63,935 nt of DNA, filler included, from Hausera hauseri (GCA_046269625.1; 12 parts of 12 records of this genome joined end to end with filler, not necessarily neighbours in it); one strand, 5' to 3'; counted from the first letter of the whole stretch, positions 46,295 through 60,264 are shown. A program made the numbers and translations. The notes: generated by a model not told the origin, from the letters alone.

Positions 46295-49070
46295 AAGATC
46301 ATAATTTACAAATTAATTTTACGAAATGTCATTTCTTCCAAAAGCGTATTAACTTTCTCGGACACATCATTTCGGAAAATGGTCATTCTCCTAAGCCAAA
46401 ACGTGTTGAAGCTCTCAAAAGTATGCAACTACCCTGAACAACAACAGAAATGAGGAGCTTTTGGGAACTTTGCACCTCGTTTACAAGTATGTGACGTACT
46501 GGTCTGAACTTACTGCACCATTTGCTCACTTAAGCAGCGGAAAACACATCAGCCAATCCAGTGGACACCTGACCTGGTTGACAAGTTTGATAAGCTACGC
46601 GAAGGAATTGAGACCGTCGACATTCTCGCCTTCCCCAAGCCTGATGCGGAACTCATCCTTACTACAGACGCTTCAACCAATGCGGTAGGTGCTGTGCTTC
46701 ACCAAATACACAAAGGAGAAAATCAACCACTAAAATTTTTCTCTCGTAAGTTAATATCCCCTGAAACTCGATATTCAAAGTTCGATCAAGAATTATTGGC
46801 CATAGTTCTCGCTTTAAAGCATTTCTCCCACCTACTTGTCGCTCGCCGTTTTACCATACATACCTATCACAAGCCCTTGCTAAACATCATGACTATGAAA
46901 CATCCTTCCTCACGCCAAGAATGACAGATATCATATGTGTCGACATTTAACTTTGATATTAAACACATTAACGGATTAATAATTTGGTTGCCGATTTCCT
47001 ATCTAGGACGGTTGGTTCTATTAATTTTTCACCAATTTTCACTCAAGTACAACTTCAGCAGAACCAACCAACTCAGGACATGCTTAATTCTTTTAAGTCT
47101 TGTACAATTGTTGACGGCGTGGCTTTAGACACTTCCCAACCAGGTCATTCCGTAATAATTCTCGCACCACCTTTACAACGGCAAGCGTTTAACAGTTTAC
47201 ATTCACTGCATCATCCTGGCACTAAGGCAACTTTTCGCTTACTCCACCGGCAAGTAATATGGCCGACTATGCGTTTTGATGTACAAGCGTGGGTTAAGGA
47301 GTCTGTGGTTTTCCAGAAATTTAAAATCACTAAACATTTGAAGCCACCCCTATATCGTTTCCCTTGCACATTCCGTCTCGAGTCTGTTCATGTTAATCTC
47401 ATTGGCCCTCTTCCTCCTGACAACGGTCATCAGTTCATTTTGACCACGATGGATCGGTCCTCCCGTTGGCCAGAAGCTGTCCCACTACGGAGCACAAACA
47501 TGGACACATTAGCTGACGTTTTCATACGCACTTGGATCAGCAGATTTGGATCCCTTGGATTCATTATTACAGACCAAGGTATTAAGTTTGAGACAATTTG
47601 TTTAAATTTCTCGTTAACCGATTAGGAATCAGCCATATTCACACATCACCGTATCACCCCCAATCAAATGGTCTTCTAGAGAGATTCAACAGAACACTAA
47701 AAACGTCCCTGAGAATCCTCGCAGAATCCAATAGCAGTTAGACTACTTTTCTTCCGCTGGTTCTTCTGGGTTGGTGCAACACCCCTTATACTTCCACTGG
47801 TTGTTCACCTACGGAAGCCCTCTTCGAAACACCTGTACATTCATTATTTGAATTAACTGCCTTGGAAGACACACCTACGGAGGAAGCTATTTAAACGGTA
47901 CAGGACCATTTCGTCTCAGACAGTAAAGATTTATTCTGCAGGATAATATATAGCAATAAAACGTACCTACCGGAGGATTTATACTCGGCAAAGTTCGTCT
48001 GGTTAAAAAACCAGACGCCGTGCGGTCTTCAACCACGGTATTTGAGGCCCTACGAACTCGTTCAATTGCACTCCCACAATGCCATTATTTCTAAAGACGG
48101 TAAGGAACTAGTGGTGCATATCAACAATGTAAAGCCTGATTTTATCGTAGATGATATTCCCCAAAGTAAATCTTCTACCTTCTTTTTGACTCCTCCACCT
48201 TTTCCTCCTTCAGTTCCTCCACCACCTGCACCCCTTTCCATGCCGACTTCTATTTCTACTTCTCTACTAGAACCTCCGCCAAACTCCAATTCTACTACCC
48301 TAAAACTTTTACTTCCTCTTCTCCTACATCTTATTCCCCATCTCCTTCTCCGTCCTTGTACAATTCAACACCTAACACGACCAAAGCCGACTTTGTTGTA
48401 TCTCAATCACCTCAACAAGCAGGGTACAAGGCAGTGAAAATTCAAAAATCAGTCACCTTTAGTACCTACAGCAAGGAGATAAACACTGCAGGAGTACAAC
48501 GTCTTACCCACACAAAGACCACTTAGACTGCATATACAGTTTCTACCCATGTCTTACTTTCTTACATCTCTAGTCTTTGCTTTGCCACGGGGGGAGGGTG
48601 ATGTTGTGTCCAACAGCATTTTGTAAATACACGTTATTATTTTTTCATTTGTTGTTATTTGTTTCACAATTGCCGACAAATTGATACACCTTTGTAGTCT
48701 TATACCATCGTAACAGAATACAGATACGTTTAGCCGCAACCGCCGAATCCAGACCACAATAACCCAGCCAATGAACAAGTGCAGTTCGTACAAAGCTATG
48801 ATTCAATAATGTTTTCTTTTTCAATTTGGAATAAACTTGAATTCATTTGAAATTTTGAATGAGTCTTAGTCCGTCATTAAGAATGGCAAATGCAATTTAA
48901 TTAATCATCCCAACGCTTGGACTCGTCCATGTCCCCGTTAAATGAAATTCGAAAACCAGCAGAATTGTTACTTCAAATGGAAAAGTCAACGATTGTACTG
49001 AAATTTTTAAAAAATAAATTATCCCCAGTGAATATAATCAGAACGTGAAAATTTCCGCTGCAATTGCATC
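46295..49070 (+). mobile_element. Gypsy element (RT end, RH, IN, PPT, partial LTR), decayed
   Basis: DHNLQINFTKCHFFQKRINFLGHIIS, YSKFDQELLA, DRSSRWPEAVPL, PPT 48589-48600, LTR start TGTTGTG at 48602. Confidence 0.9.
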
Positions 49071-49681
49071 AAAAAATATTTTGTCAAATCCGCCGAGCAT
49101 GTTGACAGAATATGGTAGTCGAGATCAGTAGTCGATATTTCATGGAACAATTCCTTCTAGAAAACATAATGGATTTTAATGGAATGTTTCGTAAATTACA
49201 ATATTCGTCTATAACCGCGATTTCATTTAAAGCGACCTATTAAAAATCATTTGGTCTTTTGAGAAATGAAATGCTGGACAGTTTACTTCAGGCAACATTA
49301 GTAAACTCGATTACAAATTAACTGTAGAAATACTGTAATTTATTACGTGGAATTTGCTAATTAATAACTTTATTGCTGACTATGAACAACGGAAAATCGA
49401 TGTTATCGAGTTTTTCTACAGTTTTTTTTGGTTTGAAAATAAATTAATCTCTGTTTGAGAAGCATTGTTCTTGATGATCACTTTATATTTTAACGATTGA
49501 ATTTCGTAACATCCCGCAAATGAATATGAAAATACATACCTCTATTACTGATATTTCCCTAACTAGTCCTTATTATCTTCGTATATTCCCTCTATATTCC
49601 CTCCCTGGTCCTTATTGTCTTGATACATTCCATCTGTATATTGCCTATATTACTGATATATTCCTGCTTATGTAACCCATG

Positions 49682-49832
49682 AGTAGAGGGAAAACGTGCT
49701 TTCTGCCCCATTCCTCGCGGGGGGGGGGGGGTAATCGATAAATCGATATTGCACGTGTGCCGATCGATAGTGCACCCGGAGCACTATCGATCCATAAAGT
49801 GCCTAGCAACGGTGCCGTTAGGGACGGTTGCT
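49682..49832 (+). mobile_element. Candidate Polinton terminal inverted repeat (left end)
   Basis: Abrupt GC-rich block starting AGTAGAGGG, with a G-tract and two hairpins, running to the contig break. Confidence 0.45.
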
Positions 49833-49932
49833 NNNNNNNNNNNNNNNNNNNNNNNNNNNNNNNNNNNNNNNNNNNNTTAATTAATTAANNNNNNNNNNNN
49901 NNNNNNNNNNNNNNNNNNNNNNNNNNNNNNNN
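49833..49932. other. Artificial contig spacer
   Basis: 44 N + TTAATTAATTAA + 44 N. Confidence 0.98.
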
Positions 49933-52900
49933 GTTGTAATGAGTAGATCTTTGTCAATGAGTAGGACAAATGCAACGTTTGGCCTGTTCGAATTTTCTCC
50001 TTTAAATATGCATGAGGCTTTGTGGAAAATATCGATTTAAAGGGAGAACAGTGGAGAATCGTTGTTGAGACAGACGATAAATGTCATTGAGGATGATTTG
50101 GTAATGTTTTCTAACTGTTGTTGCGATGTGGGATGACGATATGGGAAGTAGAGACTCAATACAAAGTCGTGGACGTTGACTGGATCATAGGAGCCTTTTT
50201 ATTCCACAAAAAAACGATTTGACACGTACGCTAGCAATTATGGAAATCGGATAGGTTTTGGGATTCGGTGACATGCGCTTTTATTGTTCCAGCAGTTGAT
50301 GGACTCAACAAGCACTTTATATTCCAGTATATCGGCAATATGGATAATATCCTTCCGGTGAATTAGACTTTCAAATTAGCTGAAATCTGTCGAGATGTAG
50401 AAGCACTAGTCTGAGATTTCGGCTCACGGAAATTTTCGAGGCAAAAGATCGGGGCCCGCCTATGGGCCAGACGCGGCGGCGGACGCTCGGCCGTGTCCAA
50501 CCAAATGGGCCAGAGGGCGCCGGCCGCTGTGGGCACTACATCACCCCACCCGTGACAAAGTGAAAACTATAAAGGGTAAAAAAAGAGAAAACACCGCAAA
50601 ACGAAAAAATGTCTGTTAGCTACCTTAGTGTGGACAAGACGTTTGGTGCCTTCTAGTGATTTTTCCCTGCTATATTTGCTAAATGTGACTCTACGTGTTT
50701 TGTTTTTATGCTGTGTATGTGCTTGCAGAGTTTGAAGTTGTGGAAAAATTGTCGGATTTTGTTGTTAGTGTTGTGTCATGCAAAGACGATTTAGAATGAG
50801 GCGAAGAAGGTGAAGGTGAAAGAGAGATTGTTAAAGACGGATGGTTAAAGGTATTCAAGAAAGTGTTAGAAGATAGGGGCATGATGATAAAAGGTCTAGT
50901 GGCGGATAAAGGAAAGGAAAGAGAAGTTGGAATAGAAGATGGAATTGAATTGTGTGAGAGAGTGGAAGTAGAAGATGAAACAGAAGTTGTAGTAGAGAGA
51001 GGAAAAGGGATAGGGAAAGAGGTAAAGAGAGGAGAAAGTTGTGAAGCGAAAGTGAAAGGAGTAAAAGGTGATGTGTGAGGAGAAAGCGGGGAAGAAAGCG
51101 TCGAAGATGAAAAAGGTGTGGAACGAGAGGGACAAGGAGAAAGAGAAAGCGACGAAGAGGTACAAGGCGAAAGAGAGCGAGAAGATAGAGTAGGCAAAAA
51201 AGTAGTTGGAGGGTTGTGTGCAAGAGGTTGGAATGATGAAAGGTGTAGATAGAGAGATTGGTGAAGTCGAAATGGTGTTTGATCCAAGAAGTGCTGTAAA
51301 AGGAAAAAGCAGGTTGTGAAGAGATGAAGGAGGTGGTGGGAGGCTTGAAGGTGCAAAATCGGATGGGGAGAAAGAAGCTGAATTGTGAGAAGAAATTGAA
51401 GTGGAAGTTTTGGGACAAAACGTAGGCGAAAGTGGGTTGAAGAATTGAGAAGAAATGAAAGGTGGATTGTTAGATTGCTGCGCGTCGTGTAAAGATGTTG
51501 GTAGAGAAGTGGTTTCGATGAGAAACGTGTCGTCAATGAAAAAGACCGGTTTAGCATTATTGATGTGAACGGTTACTTCTTTATCGTCTTTGAGAATGAT
51601 GATGTTGTGGGAGTGTAAGCGAATTACTTTGTAAAGGCCGATATACTAAGCTTGAAAGTCACACGGTGTCTGATTCTTTAATCAAACGAACTTGGCAGTA
51701 TATAAATCGTTTGTCATGTAGGGTTTGTTTGCGTGTAACAGTCTGCAAAATGAGTCTTTGCTGATCTCAACGAAGTGTCTCTGTGCTGCTTGTATGGTTT
51801 CGTCTGTAGGAGTATTGTCCAGCTCAGTCAGCTCGAATAATGATCTGATGAAAGTGCCAAATAATGTTTCTTCAGGTGAACAGCCAGTAGAAGTTGATGG
51901 TGTGTTCCGCCAGCCAAGCAGAACGTACAGAAGGAGTGTAATCCAACTGCAATTGGACTCAGCAAGGATTTTGAGAGACGTTTACACCGTTCGGTGAAAG
52001 CGTTCGAGAAGGCCATTCGATTGAGAATGATATGGTGACGTGTGAATGTAATTAATTCCCAATCGATTGACAAGAGCTTTAAACAGGTTGGATTCGAACT
52101 GTGGACCTTGGTCCGAAGTGATATGGCGAGGTGATCCAAACCTGCTAATCCAAGTGCGGTTGAAAACGTCTGCGATGGTTTCTGTGTTAGTGCTCCGAAG
52201 CGGAACGGCTTCTGGCCATCGCGAGGAACGGTCCATCATTGTGAGAATAAACTAATGACCGTTGTCTATGGGTAATGGGCCTACAAGGTCAATGTGAACA
52301 GATTTAAAACGAGACGTGCAGGGAAAATGAAATAGTGGTGGCTTTAGGTGCTTAGTGACTTTGTATTTTTGGCATGCCACACACTGCCTAACCCGTGCCT
52401 GCACGTCAGAGCGCATCGACGCCCATACTACTTGGTGTTGTAAAAGTTGAAAAGTAGCCTTGGTACCGGGATGATGCAGCGAATGTACGCTGTGGAAAGC
52501 TTCCTTTTGAATCGACTCAGAAAGAATGATTTTGGAATTATTAGGTTTGGAGGTGTCAAAGGCCACACCGTCGACGGTTTGGCAAGATTTAAAAGATTTA
52601 AGGATATCAGGAGGTGGCTGGTTTTGCTGAAGTTTGGATTAAGGAAAGATTGGTGTAAAATCAATCGAGCTGATTGATCTGGACAAAAAGTCAGCTACTA
52701 AATTTTCGACTCCGTTTAAGTGCTTAATTACAAAATTAAACGTTGACAAATACGATATTTGTCTCTCCTGAGGTGGAGAAGGCAATTTCATGGGGAGAAT
52801 TTGAAGCAAGGGCTTGTGATCCGTTTGTATTGTGAAAGTTCGTGCAGTTAGCAGATGTTTGAAGTGTTTGACAGCAAGGACCATTTCAAGCAACTCTCGG

Positions 52901-55729
52901 TCAAAGGTGGAATATCTTTGCTCTTGTGCTGTGAATTTTCGAGAAAAGAATTCCAATGGTTCATGGGATCCATTTTTAACTTTATGAAGGACAGCACCTG
53001 CAGCTGTTGTAGATGCGTCTGTGGTTAAGAAAAGTTCTTCATGGGAGTCTGGATAGGCCAGGATTTCCACATTTTTTAAATTGTCTTTGAAGTAATCGAA
53101 AGAATTTACTAGATTGGCGGTCCATTGAATAGGCTGTTTCTTCTTGCCAGAGCTTACTAATGCAAATGGAGCAGTTAGAGTGGAGCAATGTGGAACGTAT
53201 TTATGAATAAAGTACAAGGTTCCAAGGAAAGAATGCATCTCTGTTTATGTACGTGGAAGCTAAATGTTTTTGAGCTGTGTGATGCGGTCTGGCTAAGGTG
53301 AGTGTCAGGAAGAGCTAATAACATGTCCTAGGAAGTTGACCTTATGTTGAAAGAAAGAGCATTTGGAGAAATCGGTTTGCAAGTTGTTTTTGTGTAAGCG
53401 TTGGAAGATCAAACATAAGTGTTCAGAGTGTTGTTTCGAGGAAGAAGATGAAATTAGGATATCATCAATATAGGGATAAGCAAAGTCTAAACCTGATAGA
53501 ACTGTATCTATATGACTTTGAAAGGTTTTGAAAGCATTACGGAGTCCAAATGGCATAAAGAAGTATTCGAAAAGGCCGAAAGATGTAATTACAGCCGTTT
53601 TCGGAATGTCTGCTGGTGCTACCGGAATTTGGTGGTATGCTTTGTGTAGGTCAATGCAAAAAAAGATGATCTAACCATGGAGCGTGTGTAGAATATCGTT
53701 GATTAATGGTAAAAGGTAGGCATCCATTGTTGTTATGGTGTTAAGTTGGCGGTAATCACCGCATGGGCGAAAGGTGCCATCTTTTTTGGAACCACATGCA
53801 GTGGTGAAGACCAGGGGGATTTGGAACTTCTGATTATGCCTGATTTTTTAAGTTCGAGACACTCAGCCTCCACTGCCTGTCTGCGGAGAGGCGATAGCGG
53901 GCGGACCTTTTGACGTATTGGTCTTTGACGTGCTGTTACTGTGATGAAAAATGTATTGAGGTGGTACGAATAATTTGTCCTTCTGCAACAGACGCGTGCC
54001 GAAAGACAAAACGTATTGTTGTAGATCAGAAGGCAACGATGAAACGTTATCTGATGGTGTCTATGCTTGTGACTGGATGCAGTTGAGGTATGAGTTATGG
54101 ATGAGGTGTTGTGACTGGGTGGTATTTGGTGCAGGATGTTCGTGTTAAAGATGGTGTTGGCAGCTGTGCTATCAGTAATAGGTGCCACGCAGTCGGCAGT
54201 ATCGCACTGGTCACCGTAGTAAAAATTTTTGTATAATGTATGATTATAAAGACAATTTAAATCAGAAGTCGTTTGCTTCAGTATTGACTTACTGGACGCG
54301 ATCGCCGAAATGCTGCTGATTTGATTCAGATTATTTCAGCACTTCAAGGAACATTGTTTCCAATCTACAAGTAAATTGTTGTGGGACAGAATATCTGAAC
54401 CCAGTATAGGTGTGCGTACATTATCTATTGTAAATTTCCATGTGAATGTGTTTAGGAAGTGTGGAAGAGTGTACGTTAATTTGGTAGCTCCAAAAATTTG
54501 TAAGAGTTCACCGGACGCAGTGAACAATTGCTTTTGTCTAGTGTAATTACTTTGGATGTGTTGTGTTGGTGGCAGTAAAGAGATTGCTGCGCCGGTGTCT
54601 ACAAGAAAGTTAATGTTTTGCTTTGTTGGAGTGGCGACTGCTGCTTCCAATGTGAATACTGCAAAAGAAATGTGTCGGCTGTCTTTTTGCGGGTTGTTGC
54701 CTTTGCTAGGACTTGCCGTGTGTCTTAGCGGCGAAATCAGTTTTTTGGAGCTGGTGAATTTGGCCTACTGTTCTGTGTGAACTTAATAGTGTCAGATTTA
54801 TTGTGTGTTGTAGGTACAGCCAGGTAGGCATTTTTGTGCTTTTGTGCCAAATTTCGGGTGATAGATGCAAATGATGTTGCTTGTATTAAAATAAGGGTAA
54901 TGAAATTTACAACCGATGCATCATTTTGATCATTGTTATAAAATTTTCTATGATAATAGCAAATAGATGACTGCGCGAGCGAAGGCGACCGTTTTTGACG
55001 TTAATTAAATACATTAGGTGAAGCAGCCCTAGAAAAACCCCGTCGAGGCAGCGTTAATTCGCTTAATTTTTCGTTTATGGTGTTGATTGTCTTTTGTAAC
55101 ATTTCATTTTCCGTGCATAACTGCGCAATTTGTTGCTGCAGCATTGCATTTTGTTGTTGGTCTGTTGTCAATGCTGCAGAGACAGTTGGTGTTGTGTGTC
55201 AGTGCAGTACTTCGTAGGCTTTGTCTGTCAGTTCGAATAGCTTTTTCAGAGCCGTGAAGTCTTCGACCACGGTAAGTAGAGCTCTTATTTGAAGGGGCAA
55301 TGCATTTAAAAAGTAGCGGCGAATAAGTACTGGACTATGCTCAGATGTCACGCCAAGAGTGTTGAGGTGAGACAAGGATGTACGTAAGAATCCAGAAGGC
55401 TTTTGTAATCCCATGGCGTTATCGTTGAAGAATCTTTGAATGATTGAATCGATTGAAGGCTCAGTGAGCTTGAGAACAGCAGTGTAAAGTTGAGTATATG
55501 GGTCGGTGTGCTGAAGGATATCAATTATATTGGTAATTTTAGTTTTGATGGAAGCTGGTAAGTGAAAAAAGAGGCTGTTGGCTTTGGATAAAAAGTCGAC
55601 GACGTTTTGTGATTGGAGCCAAATTTGGGCAGTTTTAGCCAAGTTTGAGTGGAGTTTTGGCTGTCGAGGAAGTATTCGGTGCAGGAGGAATGAGTGAGGA
55701 AGGTGTTGTGTAGAGATGCTGGAAGCGCT
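49933..55729 (-). mobile_element. CsRn1-like Gypsy element, decayed, same subfamily as 39328-44388
   Basis: Gag, FLVDTGAAISLL, MPFGLRNA/YIDD, TDASTTAAGA, SDQGPQFES, PPT GGGTGGGGTGA then LTR start TGTAGTGCCC at 50540. Confidence 0.93.
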
Positions 55730-55829
55730 NNNNNNNNNNNNNNNNNNNNNNNNNNNNNNNNNNNNNNNNNNNNTTAATTAATTAANNNNNNNNNNNNNNN
55801 NNNNNNNNNNNNNNNNNNNNNNNNNNNNN
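55730..55829. other. Artificial contig spacer
   Basis: 44 N + TTAATTAATTAA + 44 N. Confidence 0.98.
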
Positions 55830-55853
55830 GTTTTCTGTTAAGGGATATAGCAC

Positions 55854-56135
55854 TTATGCTGAGCATATGTAACAAATATTGAGACTTAGAATATTGGTTC
55901 TCACATTATCCTTCCCCACGCCCAGAATATCAGCCAAATTTCTAAATGAAGCACTATCATGTTCCTCACTCAGTGCTTGCAACTTGCTAACATTCACATG
56001 GCAAACAGATGATGAAGGGCAGCCAGAACTGTGTCCCTTTTCTGCTGACAAAGTGGCCAAAGAAGGAGCATCAGCAGGCCAAACATTTGATAACTTTCTG
56101 CGAATCTCACCAGCAGATTTTTAGTATCGCTCAAA
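55854..56135 (-). mobile_element. Mariner-type transposase N-terminal HTH remnant
   Basis: KSAGEIRRKLSNVWPADAPSLATL..SGCPSSS..NVSKLQAL..SFRNLADILGVGKDNV. Confidence 0.65.
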
Positions 56136-56525
56136 GAATGCTTCCTAATATAAATAGTGCAGCCAATAGGAAGCCAATATGATGTAGTTAGAAATCACTC
56201 ATGCCCACCCACAACATGCATATACTGCACAGCAGCATTATTCTAATTCTCTTCCAGACATGTATGACGTACATATTCAATACTGGATCACAAAATTTTC
56301 AACTAGATTGTTTTTGATTAGTTTTTTGGGTTTGGAGCATTATTGATTTCTATTGATTTCTATATGTATTTATACATCAACTTGTATCATCTATGCTACA
56401 ATATTTTTTAATTTTTACTTTTTTGGAACAATATTGCGGCACTACGTGTCAAGCTCAATGAATATAATAATAAAATTCACTGTATGTTAAAATGATTTAT
56501 GATAAATTAATTTACCTTTCTTTAG

Positions 56526-56917
56526 GTCCATACACTAACGAAGAATTTCGCAGAAAGTTATCGCAGATAGTTGAAGACGCTGAAGTGAAAAAAACAATTG
56601 GCGACATTTACGACGATGAATCAGAATTAAGCGATGAAGAAAAGTTCTTTCTGTTTTCAGTTGAAAGAGGGGATAATCCAACAGTTGAGTATTTTGTCAA
56701 TAATATCAACCTGAAAGTTTTCAATACAAATTGTGTTGATGCTCTTGGACGAAACGCCATCCATATTGCCATTGAAAATGACCATATCGAAATGTTAGAA
56801 ATTTTATTAAAAAATAATTTTGAAATTGGCGATGGATTGTTACATGCCATAGCTGAACAGAATGTAGCAGGAGTTCAGATGATTTTAAATGAGTTAGAAA
56901 GACGACCAAGGAAAAAT
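56526..56917 (+). CDS. TRPC-family cation channel, ankyrin-repeat exon (3' boundary uncertain)
   Basis: Acceptor TTTCTTTAG at 56525; LSDEEKFFLFSVERGD..NTNCVDALGRNAIHIAIENDHIEMLEILL..GDGLLHAI. Confidence 0.85.
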
Positions 56918-56961
56918 GAATTACTTCTATTTTAAATGATAAAAATTATTAATTGTTTTAG

Positions 56962-57288
56962 GTAGCTTTGGAAACTGTTTCATCATCGTTTACCAGTGAT
57001 ATGACTCCATTGGTTCTGGCAGCTCATCGAGATAATTACGAAATCATTAAGATTTTGCTTCATAGAGGTGAAAAAGTACCGAAACCGCATGAATTGAAAT
57101 GTAATTGCTACGAATGCCTTTCTTTACAACGAACCGATAGTCTTCGATACTCTCTGGCAAGGATTAACTCATATAAGGCCTTGGCTAGTCCGTCATTGAT
57201 ATGCCTTACCAGTAAAGATCCCATTCTTACTGCATTTGAACTCAGTGTTGAACTAAAGCGTTTAGGGAAAGTTGAAAATGAATTTAAG
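56962..57288 (+). CDS. TRPC-family cation channel, TRP_2 domain exon
   Basis: TTGTTTTAG acceptor and AAG/GTATTT donor; [72 protein letters not shown]. Confidence 0.92.
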
Positions 57289-57559
57289 GTATTTGGAATT
57301 TTGTCTAAATAGTTACAAACTAATTGATAGGGTTTGTTTGGCACTGTTGCACATACAGTGTATCCCATTAATTAATTATACATAATCAATAAAACTTCAT
57401 TTGGTGTATTTATTAACGACAAACCAGTGCAAACGACTCGAGTCGTACTATTGGATCTAAGTAATATGCCAAAGAAAAGACGCGATTAATTTGACATAAA
57501 TAAATAATTGGAGTGTTTTACAAACACCGAAAATACAACTGTGAAGTGTTCAATACTGA

Positions 57560-58900
57560 TAACTATTCATTATTTTATATTTGTGAAATGTGAATAATAA
57601 AAAGACAATTTTAGATGGTTTTGCTTTATATCTCACGGGGATTGATTCATTTCCAGTTAAAAAGTTAGAAAATATAAATCAGATTTCTCCATGTTTTCAG
57701 CAAATTCCTTCTGTACTTATCTTCTATTTCATTTCATTGCACCAACAAGAGTAATATCCTGATTTTTCAATTCAATTGCTGTTCGTAGATTAGTAAACAA
57801 ATTATCGATAGTGAAATTTAATCCTGATCCAAAATATCGTTGCACTAATTTCATAACAACATGATGCGACAATCCTCTTTCAGATCTCTCCTCTTTTCCA
57901 ACATGCGCAATGGAAAATTCACATAACTAGTTTTTGAGTCGCAGATGGCAATTTCGTCTTTTCGACGGGAATTGTTATTAAATTCAGATTTTTTGACTGA
58001 ATATTGGAAATTTTAGCATTTCTTGAAAAACATACAATAAATACAAAGCCAACAAGTTCGTTTCAGAAATATCCAAAAAATTTTCCACAAATTCCCAGTT
58101 AATTGAATAACATCAGGAAAACATAAAATTCCTGTAAAAATTCCCAAAAGATTCGCAAAATAGCACTTCCAAGATTTATTTAACGTTTCTTTTTGAATAT
58201 TTAAACAACACAGTTTTCAAAAAAAAGTTTACAAATATATAGTTATTTTTTGCGTGGGCCAATGTGGGCACCACAGCAGATTGCTGAAAGTTTAATACCA
58301 AATTTACCTGGCATCATCGGCATATATTGTAAAAAGCTGCACCGATATTTTGTTGGAAACAATTGTTCATCTATGGTTACAAAGCCGTGAGGAAAATAAC
58401 ATTTTTGACAACTGTTCATAACTTGCTCCCACACATCATGAATAGCGCAAAACTTGTCATCCTGTTTCCTTTTTGCACGTAAAAATTTATAAATGCTCTG
58501 AAATCTAGTTAGACTCATCGGTCTTCCGTAGTCCTTGTCCCAAAACTTTACAAGTGGTTCATTTTTACCATTCAGGACAACCGTTGCAAGTGACAAACCC
58601 AAACTCAACTGTCAGGCTGAAACTTTCATCATTTTGAACTGTAGATTCTGCTGCAGTAAACTTAACGATACTGGAGAAATTCTTATCATCGAATAACTCA
58701 CGAAATACGCATTCAACATTCTGCACTCTTGACAGAATAAAACGTTTGTGACCACCTTTCCCCCGAACTATATTGTGCATTGGAACTCTTCCAACACAAT
58801 TGCCGATTGACGGCTACTTTGACCATTCAGTTCCAACTTTCCCTCCATGAATCATGAGACTATGAAACGGATTTGGAATTCTTATGCTTCATATCAAAGG
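57560..58900 (-). mobile_element. piggyBac transposase remnant, antisense within the TRPC intron
   Basis: MSLTRFQSIYKFLR, TIDEQLFPTKYRCSFLQYMP..PGKFGIK..CDSKTSYV, FTIDNLFT, ITLVGAM. Confidence 0.88.
57946..58275. mobile_element. 330-bp TG..CA insertion (solo-LTR-like) in piggyBac
   Basis: Perfect 5-bp TSD GCAGA (57941-57945, 58276-58280); ends GTGGGCCAATGTGGGCACCACA; removal restores GIKLSAICDSKTSY. Confidence 0.85.
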
Positions 58901-59857
58901 TGGAGCACAGTACTTGCGTCACTTCCTGAATCAGTTTCCTGAATTGCCTCATGATCCGTTTCACAAACTAACTAAACCAAATCTCTCGCAAGGCGATCGA
59001 TATACGTGACAAACTCATTAAACGTCGGATGATAACGTTTCGATACACAGTTGAAAACATTTAACAACGTTCAATTGACCGGCATGGAAATTGTAGAGTT
59101 AAATCATTTATCCATTCAACAATAAACACAAACAACATGACTGCTTAACATCATCAAATGAACAAAAATCAATAATGTAAAAAAGAGAACATCATTCAAA
59201 AACAAATTTTAAAATCAATAAACAGTTTTTTTAACAGTTTTTTAATGAAATTAAATTTTGAAACAAATCAAAAATAAAAAGAGTAAACTAACCGATGATA
59301 GCAACATTTTAACAGCACCAATAAAAACTAAAAATAAAGGCATCAAAATTGAGAAATGTGCAAAATATTGAAAATAGCCAATAATATTTTTGAACCACAT
59401 TTTTCGAAGAGTTTTTCAGTTAAATAATTTACGATTATTCTGATGAATTAATGTAATATATTAAAACAATCCGGTGTTCAGTTAACATTTTGTCAAGAAT
59501 ATGCAATCCCTTATGCTGATTATGAATATGAAAAAATTGCAATGTCACCATTATTAATTTCAAAAAATTAAATTTAATTTTAATGGAAAATTACCGGAAT
59601 CATAGTAAATTAATTATAAAAAAGATTAGACGATACGGCATCAATGCAGCAAATTCTGATAATGCCACAACTGACTATACAATGATAGTAATGGAGCAGC
59701 AAAAATAAATAAAAGGCAAATTATTATTTATTTTAAATTTCAAAATTTGGAAGTTCTTTAGGAGCAACATTTAGTGGTATATTAAACATTAAGTCTTTTA
59801 GAGGACAATAATGTTGCGGTTTATTTGGTTCTGATATTTCGATCTTTCTAATATCTT

Positions 59858-59957
59858 NNNNNNNNNNNNNNNNNNNNNNNNNNNNNNNNNNNNNNNNNNN
59901 NTTAATTAATTAANNNNNNNNNNNNNNNNNNNNNNNNNNNNNNNNNNNNNNNNNNNN
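59858..59957. other. Artificial contig spacer
   Basis: 44 N + TTAATTAATTAA + 44 N. Confidence 0.98.
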
Positions 59958-60264
59958 AATGTCCATAAACAGCACTTGATTTCCTTCACCAAGTCGAAAA
60001 AACAAATATTCAGTACCAATATGCCAATAACGACGTTCGTGCCGAAGAAAAATTGAGGGTGCAGTTCATATGTATATTGCACACGTGTAATACAACCCTC
60101 AGAATTGCCACAATGCCATGAGGAGCTATTATGGATACAAATTTAATAGAGTCCTCTATTATATTTTTCCAGGATGTGAGGCTGTATGTGATGGAGAATA
60201 CATGCAGTTTTACAAATATCATATTGCCCATTTAACAGATTTTAATTTAAAGACAAAGAAGGTC

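Noticed and set aside
50706-51557. Multiple overlapping Ser/Leu/Phe-rich ORFs (also 43909-44440) as an env gene
   Set aside because: Pyrimidine-rich low-complexity sequence lacks stops in all frames; no signal peptide or Cys pattern, best read as the integrase tail
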